Below are positions 58,607-64,000 of a DNA stretch of 64,000 bases, piece by piece; within the stretch, counting starts at the first letter, position 1; the number at the start of each line of letters is the position of its first letter. The position numbers and the translations under genes are program-made. The DNA comes from a virus (Duplodnaviria; Caudoviricetes), in IMG/VR virus record IMGVR_UViG_3300032007_001727. One strand, written 5' to 3'. The notes under the pieces are model-generated. The model worked only from the letters and a program-made list of their open reading frames with translations, had not been told where the DNA came from and ran no database searches.

Positions 58607-59422
58607 TTATTCTTCAAACGTTATCCTAGATTCGACATATTGCCTATCCTCACCTTTAAGGATTGGCATTTCGTAATCTATTAGCCAACCTTCATCGGAT
58701 TTAACCACCGCTGTCCCTCTCTTTTCGGCAACAGATAAGTTATTCCAATTTATGTTGAATTTTTCCATCAGCATATCTTGAATTTGTGAGGTATTCTTTC
58801 CTTTTAATTCCTTATGGGAGAAGAATGCTTGACCTAGGCTGCTAACCGAATTCCTAGAACAGTCTTGTTGTCTCCAAAGGATACAGTTTGTAACCTCAGA
58901 CAATGGGACGTTGAATACCCTAGCATCGAACAAGGCACCGGTCTTTAGTGCCCTCTTATATCCATTTATGGCCCTTTCAACCATTTCGGATGCATCGCCG
59001 TATATTTCACGGTAGTCACCGTCGGTTCCATATTCAGAAATGAAGGCATTTGCCTTTTTGGCAAATATTCTGTTGAAATACAGTGTACACATGGATGCAA
59101 CGACCGAGCATACTTTTTGTACGTTATAGTCAAACCATGCACATGTATCCAATGTATTATAGTCCACCAATACTAGGGTAATCTCATCGGATTGGGTATA
59201 GCCAAAGACGCAGCCTTGAATGTTTTTGCAGAGTTCCAATGTAGTTTCTTGCATTGTCTCCATGAACCTTTGGTCAAACGGCTTCACAAAGCCTTTTGTG
59301 AAGGTATGGAACGCCTTTCCGTCCAATCTTATAATAACCGGTGTCCTCCTCAATAAATATGTTTTTGACCGATTCTCATAGTTGAGTTTCATCCGGTCAC
59401 CCAAACTATCTTTTGTTGCCAT
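58607..59422 (-). CDS. thg1: tRNA(His) guanylyltransferase Thg1-like protein
   Basis: DRMK.YE, IRLDGKAFHTFT, YTQSDEI, FDARVF, WRQQD..RNS. Confidence 0.92.
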   Translation of the reverse strand: MATKDSLGDRMKLNYENRSKTYLLRRTPVIIRLDGKAFHTFTKGFVKPFDQRFMETMQETTLELCKNIQGCVFGYTQSDEITLVLVDYNTLDTCAWFDYNVQKVCSVVASMCTLYFNRIFAKKANAFISEYGTDGDYREIYGDASEMVERAINGYKRALKTGALFDARVFNVPLSEVTNCILWRQQDCSRNSVSSLGQAFFSHKELKGKNTSQIQDMLMEKFNINWNNLSVAEKRGTAVVKSDEGWLIDYEMPILKGEDRQYVESRITFEE

Positions 59423-59428
59423 CGTTTT

Positions 59429-59626
59429 TTATGAGTTTAATTCCAAGTCACCTCTAATAATCTCAAATCTTCTGTTCCATTTCCAAAATATGAACTCAAA
59501 TTCATACATATACCAATATTTGTGTCTGAATATAATGGTTGGCAGTATGTTTATCCAACCATATTGATAAGATGTCTCGAATTCCTTTGTGACATCACTT
59601 ATTTCATATTTAAAGATTTTAATCAT
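59429..59626 (-). CDS. Small hypothetical protein
   Basis: Start MIKIFKY after a promoter. Confidence 0.55.
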   Translation of the reverse strand: MIKIFKYEISDVTKEFETSYQYGWINILPTIIFRHKYWYMYEFEFIFWKWNRRFEIIRGDLELNS

Positions 59627-59754
59627 ATTAGGTAACTTTTTGCAAAAATATATAAAAAATTTGGAATAACAAAATAATTTAACACTTTTTTTACTTTGAA
59701 ATTGAAATTGTTGCAAAAAATAAGGGGTCACGTTTAATGACCCCTTATTTTCTT

Positions 59755-60237
59755 TTAATAACACCAATCAATGTCATCCTCCCACCAAGGGAAATCAGAT
59801 TCACCAATAAGGTCAACACCGGTAGGTGGCTTGCAACCAATTGGCTTTCTGATTGCTTGGCACTTGTGGATTGGTGCATCGTTCCTCTTATCGAGGCCGA
59901 GTTCAACGCAATGTTCGCCACTGTCGACAAAATCATCGAATGCTTCACGAGCCTCCAAGAACTCGCCAAGGTCATCGTAGTCTTGCCTTCTTGGTTCGTC
60001 CACTTCCAAAGCGTAACCAAATCTTAAGTTGTCGTTTGGTGGTGTACCACAGCACCTTGTTGGTGCAAAGTCTTCTTCCTCGTCCTCGAAGTCATCATCC
60101 CAATCATCATCTTCGTCATCACAACAGAAGCATTTCTTGGATGGCTTTTCGAAAACGTCCTCAACTGCGTCTTTGATTTTCTCAACAACCTCATCAAAGG
60201 TTGGCAACGCAACAATAAAAACATTCACTTTTTGCAT
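59755..60237 (-). CDS. Acidic Cys-rich hypothetical protein
   Basis: ORF with A-rich leader and promoter. Confidence 0.65.
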   Translation of the reverse strand: MQKVNVFIVALPTFDEVVEKIKDAVEDVFEKPSKKCFCCDDEDDDWDDDFEDEEEDFAPTRCCGTPPNDNLRFGYALEVDEPRRQDYDDLGEFLEAREAFDDFVDSGEHCVELGLDKRNDAPIHKCQAIRKPIGCKPPTGVDLIGESDFPWWEDDIDWCY

Positions 60238-60346
60238 AATTCAAATTTAAATTACGGTTAATTATCGTTTTTTATATCACACAGTGCAAAGATATATATT
60301 TTTTTAACAATTCACAAGTTTTTTGATAACTTTTTTTAACTTTTTT

Positions 60347-60793
60347 TCAACGTCTGCCTCTATTTCCCCCGTAATGCGGCCTATTTGTGGTATTTGGTCT
60401 TCCAAAGGACCGGCTTCTGTCTTGGTGGTTGAAGTTTCCGTGTGGCCTTACTGTGCCGTTGTAGTTACGTGTTGGAGGCATATGTCTTGGTTGTGGCTTA
60501 TGATGCCAATCCCTCGGAACCGGTCTGAATGACCTCCTATATACATTAGGCGGCAGTGGTCTGTAATATCTGTAGAAGATGTATCTGTTATGCCTATAAT
60601 AAGGATAATAATACATTCCGTCATACATATAGTACATAATGTAACCGTCAACGTCATAATGTGGCGTTCCGTGTGTTATGACAAAAGTGTAGTCGGTTTC
60701 GCTGTAAGGACTGTAAATCTGTGCAGTTGCCTCACAAGATGTCATTGTCATAAAGATGACCAATGACAAAATAAAGTTTAAAATTTTTTTCAT
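60347..60793 (-). CDS. Putative lipoprotein, Tyr/Arg/Pro-rich
   Basis: MKKILNFILSLVIFMTMTSC lipobox. Confidence 0.7.
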   Translation of the reverse strand: MKKILNFILSLVIFMTMTSCEATAQIYSPYSETDYTFVITHGTPHYDVDGYIMYYMYDGMYYYPYYRHNRYIFYRYYRPLPPNVYRRSFRPVPRDWHHKPQPRHMPPTRNYNGTVRPHGNFNHQDRSRSFGRPNTTNRPHYGGNRGRR

Positions 60794-60870
60794 AATTTGA
60801 GTATGTTTTTGCAAATATATACAAAAAATAACGAAAAAACAAAATATTTATATAGAAAAACCTAAATATT

Positions 60871-62243
60871 ATGATATTTTTAAAGAAATTTGCAACGACT
60901 AGTGACTATGACTCCTACGTTGCCACAGATTATCCGAAGCCAAACGTAAGTTATGTTGTGGCCGGTACTTCGGTACATTTTACCCCCTCCCCATATTCTG
61001 TAAATTAACCCTTAATAATGGTGAAGTTGTTAAACTTGAAGGAAGTGGAACACTAACAAGTGCAATGACGAATCCCTATATAGATTCTATCGCTAGTGCT
61101 AAAATCGGTGAACTTTGCACGAGTATTGGTAATAAGGCTTTTGTTAATTGTTCCGCCATGACAAGTTGCACCATTGGTAATGGTGTTACAAGTATTGGTG
61201 ACCAGGCTTTCAGTGGGTGTTCTGCTATGACGAGTTGTACTATTGGAAGTGGTGTTACAACCATTGGTGCTAGTGCTTTCACCGGTTGTCGTAGTTTATC
61301 AACTATAACAATTCCGGACAGTGTTACAAGCATTTATTATGGGGCTTTCGCTTTTTGTTATGGTTTAACGAGTATAATAATTCCGGACAGTGTTATAGAA
61401 ATTGTTGGCGGTACCTTCCAATGGTGTAAAGCAATGACAACTTGTATCATTGGGAATGGTGCTACAAGCATTAGACGTAATACCTTTGGAATGTGTTCTG
61501 CCATGACAACTTGTACCATTGGTAGTGGTGTTACAAGCATTGATAATAGCGCTTTCAGTGGTTGTACTAGTTTAACAACCATAAACATTCCAAACAATGT
61601 TACAACAATTGATATTTGTGCTTTCCAAGGTTGTACTAGTTTATCAAGTATAACAATCCCGGATAGTGTTACAAGTATTGGTAATCAGGCTTTTGGTGGT
61701 TGTTCTGCCATGACAACTTGTACAATTGGCAGTGGTGTCACAACCATTGGCAGTTCTATTTTCTCTAAGTGTTCTAGTTTATCAAACATAACAGTTGATG
61801 CCGCAAATACAACCTATGACTCAAGAAACAATTGCAATGCAATTATTCAAACAAGCACAAACACTTTAATACAAGGTTGTAGTACAACTATTATACCGAA
61901 CACTGTTACAAGCATTGGTAATCAGGCTTTCCAATTTTGTTCTAGTTTAACAAACATAACAATTCCGGACAGTGTCACAACCATTGGTAATATTGCTTTC
62001 CAAAGTTGTTCTGCTATGACAACTTGTACAATTGGTAGTGGCGTTACAAGTATTGGTAGTAATGCTTTCGGTTATTGTAGTAGTTTATCAGCAATAATCT
62101 CGCTTGCCACAACAGCACCAACAACAACAAATAATACTTTTTATAGAGTTAAGACCGGTGGTACTCTCTATGTTCCACAAGGTAGCAGCGGTTATAATAC
62201 TTGGATGAACCAATTGCCTAATTGGACAAAACTTGTACAATAA
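60871..62243 (+). pseudogene. BspA-like LRR protein, frameshifted (phase-OFF) at a C5-T-C4 tract
   Basis: ATG 60871 reads MIFLKKFATTSDYDSYVATDYPKPNVS...HFTPSP and stops at 61008; one extra C joins IFCKLTLNNGEVVKLEGSG and the 61065-62243 LRR ORF. Confidence 0.88.
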
Positions 62244-62258
62244 TACTTAACAATAATA

Positions 62259-62285
62259 AAAGGTGGTCAATATCTGACCACCTTT
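62259..62285. terminator. Bidirectional terminator of an LRR cassette
   Basis: Identical hairpin, third copy. Confidence 0.85.
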
Positions 62286-62291
62286 CTTTTT

Positions 62292-63581
62292 TTACTTTGC
62301 AATTACCAAGCAATAGTCTTTCTTTCCTTTCTGCAACAACAAATACTTGTCATCGATGAGTTGACCGTGTCCGACAATCACTTTGTCATTATTAACCTTT
62401 TTCTTGTTAATGGAAAATCCGTTTGCCTTTATCAACTTCTTGGCCTCAGTCTTCGATGTAATTTTATCGTGCATCAACGCAATATCGATAATCGGCATTC
62501 CGTTTTCAAATTCACCCTTATTGACTTCAACTTTGCTAACATCCTTCATTACATCTAGGAATGTATCCTCATCCATCCTTTCCAATGCCTCCGTGGTGCC
62601 GTTTCCAAAAAGAATTTCTGATGCTGCAATAGCCTTGTTGTAGTCATTCTCAGAATGAACCAAGCAAGTCATGTATTTTGCAAGTTCGCCTTGTAGGTAT
62701 CTCTTGCTAGGATTCTCACGGTGCTTTGAAATCATTGCACCTATTTCTTCAAGTGGAATTAAGGTGAACTTCTTGATAAAGGATTCAGCATCCTCGTCAC
62801 TTTGATTCAACCAAAACTGATAGAATTGGAACGGTGTTGTCTTATTTGGGTCGAGCCAAACGCTGTTGCCTTCTGTTTTGCCGAATTTCCTACCGTCGGC
62901 ACAAGTTATCAAATCCCAAGTGATTCCGCATACATCATCCTTGCCCAATACCTTATGGATAAGGTCTTGTCCGGTTACCATGTTTCCCAAATTATCGGTC
63001 CCGGCAATCTGAAGTTTGCACCCATATTCTCTGTATAAGTGCAAGAAATCATACCCTTGCAAGAGACCATATGAGAACTCTTGGAATGATATGCCGTTTC
63101 CCTCTCTTTCGAGGCGCTTTCGCACGTTTTCCTTTGCCATAAGGTAGTTCACGGTGATTTTCTTGCCGACATCACGTATAAAATCCAAGAATTTATAATC
63201 CTTGTACCAATCATAGTTATTCACCATAATGGCACCGTTTGGCAAACTTGAATCAAAGTCAATTATCTTTGAAATCTGTTTCTTGACACATTCTACATTG
63301 TGGAAGACCGTTTCCATTGAAATGGCTTTTCTTTCCTCGCTCTTGCCGCTTGGGTCACCGATGGCACAAGTTGCACCACCCACAAGTATTATTGGCTTAT
63401 GCCCGAATTGCTGAAACATTCTAGCAACCATAAGTCCGACCATATGGTGAACACCTAGCGAATCCGCCGTAGGGTCCAAGCCTATGTACAGCGTTGTCGG
63501 TTTACTTAGGCATTCTTCAAGATTGCCGAATACTTGTGAATACAAGCCCCTTTCCTTGAGTTCTTTAATTAATGGATTCAT
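62292..63581 (-). CDS. tyrS: Tyrosyl-tRNA synthetase with altered HIGH motif
   Basis: YIGLDPTADSL, GGAT..IGDPSG, EFSYGLLQGYD, KFGKT, S4-like tail. Confidence 0.95.
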   Translation of the reverse strand: MNPLIKELKERGLYSQVFGNLEECLSKPTTLYIGLDPTADSLGVHHMVGLMVARMFQQFGHKPIILVGGATCAIGDPSGKSEERKAISMETVFHNVECVKKQISKIIDFDSSLPNGAIMVNNYDWYKDYKFLDFIRDVGKKITVNYLMAKENVRKRLEREGNGISFQEFSYGLLQGYDFLHLYREYGCKLQIAGTDNLGNMVTGQDLIHKVLGKDDVCGITWDLITCADGRKFGKTEGNSVWLDPNKTTPFQFYQFWLNQSDEDAESFIKKFTLIPLEEIGAMISKHRENPSKRYLQGELAKYMTCLVHSENDYNKAIAASEILFGNGTTEALERMDEDTFLDVMKDVSKVEVNKGEFENGMPIIDIALMHDKITSKTEAKKLIKANGFSINKKKVNNDKVIVGHGQLIDDKYLLLQKGKKDYCLVIAK

Positions 63582-63623
63582 TTCTTTCTTTTTTATTATT
63601 TTGTTTAACAACTAATAAGTTAC

Positions 63624-63773
63624 TTATTCAACGCATACAAAAAGTCTTCGCTTGTTTATGATACTGTTGCTGATTGCAAGCATCTGCTTTTCTGATAGCC
63701 TAGAGCGTTTATCCTTTGACTTACGGTTAGACTTTTCACTATTATTCTTTTTACCTCTTTTTCTGTAGAACAT
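63624..63773 (-). CDS. Small basic protein (49 aa)
   Basis: Hand-translated MFYRKRGKKNNSEK...; promoter upstream. Confidence 0.45.
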   Translation of the reverse strand: MFYRKRGKKNNSEKSNRKSKDKRSRLSEKQMLAISNSIINKRRLFVCVE

Positions 63774-63871
63774 AGTTGTTTTTTGTTTTTGGCAAAGATA
63801 TATAAAAAATATGAAAGCGACAAGATATTTATTGTTAAAATAACTTAATTTAAAACTTTAAAAAATAATTT

Positions 63872-64000
63872 ATGAAATATGTTAAAGAATTTGCAACAAG
63901 TGCTGAGTACACAGCATACGTTGCCACGGATTACCCCAAGCCAAACGTGAGTTACGTTGTGGCTGACAGTGCCGTACACTACCATGCCCCCCCCGCCCCC
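63872..64000 (+). CDS. BspA-like LRR family gene, 5' end only (phase unknown)
   Basis: MKYVKEFATSAEYTAYVATDYPKPNVSYVVADSAVHYHAPPAP; C8-G-C5+ tract at the window end. Confidence 0.85.
   Translation, partial: MKYVKEFATSAEYTAYVATDYPKPNVSYVVADSAVHYHAPPAP

Noticed and set aside
61065-62243. Independent gene starting at Met 61065
   Set aside because: Homology to the paralogues continues upstream to ATG 60871 across the C-tract frameshift.
1-64000. Stop-codon recoding (TAG=Gln or TGA=Trp) as in some large Bacteroidota phages
   Set aside because: Conserved genes are uninterrupted in the standard code, and TAG/TGA occur at natural gene ends (e.g. 13525, 20151, 4364).

Overview
This window is a 64-kb segment of a large lytic (jumbo-type) bacteriophage infecting Bacteroidota. 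Evidence: TAnnTTTG promoters, A-rich leaders without Shine-Dalgarno sequences, and dense small unknown ORFs. It uses the standard genetic code. The layout is mirror-like. The left arm (0.9-17.2 kb, + strand) and right arm (42.9-63.8 kb, - strand) carry metabolic and tRNA-maintenance genes (CCA-adding enzyme, Thg1, TyrRS, RlaP-like nucleotidyltransferase, UvrD helicase, dNMP kinase, thioredoxin, phosphoesterases, PARG-like macrodomain) and tandem paralogue arrays. Outward-facing putative late genes are interspersed in both arms. The centre (22-41.5 kb) is an early region of about 22 near-identical ~65-bp promoter cassettes, flanked by palindromes and two A-tract repeat regions, one with a parS-like site. 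Four observations stand out. (1) Six BspA-like LRR paralogues; five carry a poly-C tract behind a conserved ~40-aa N-terminal module (two in frame, two frameshifted exactly at the tract, one cut by the window end), which suggests a phase-variable, recombining phage LRR repertoire. (2) Two tandem tRNA-Tyr-derived RNAs with compensatory changes, a hairpin inserted in the D-loop and no canonical anticodon loop; the same window encodes a TyrRS whose HIGH motif reads GVHH. (3) A tRNA-Glu(UUC) interrupted in the anticodon loop, directly after TTCAT, by a tnpB 3' fragment plus transposon right end. (4) An orphan TnpB omegaRNA-like element in an early ncRNA cluster. All calls were made by eye; no database searches were run.
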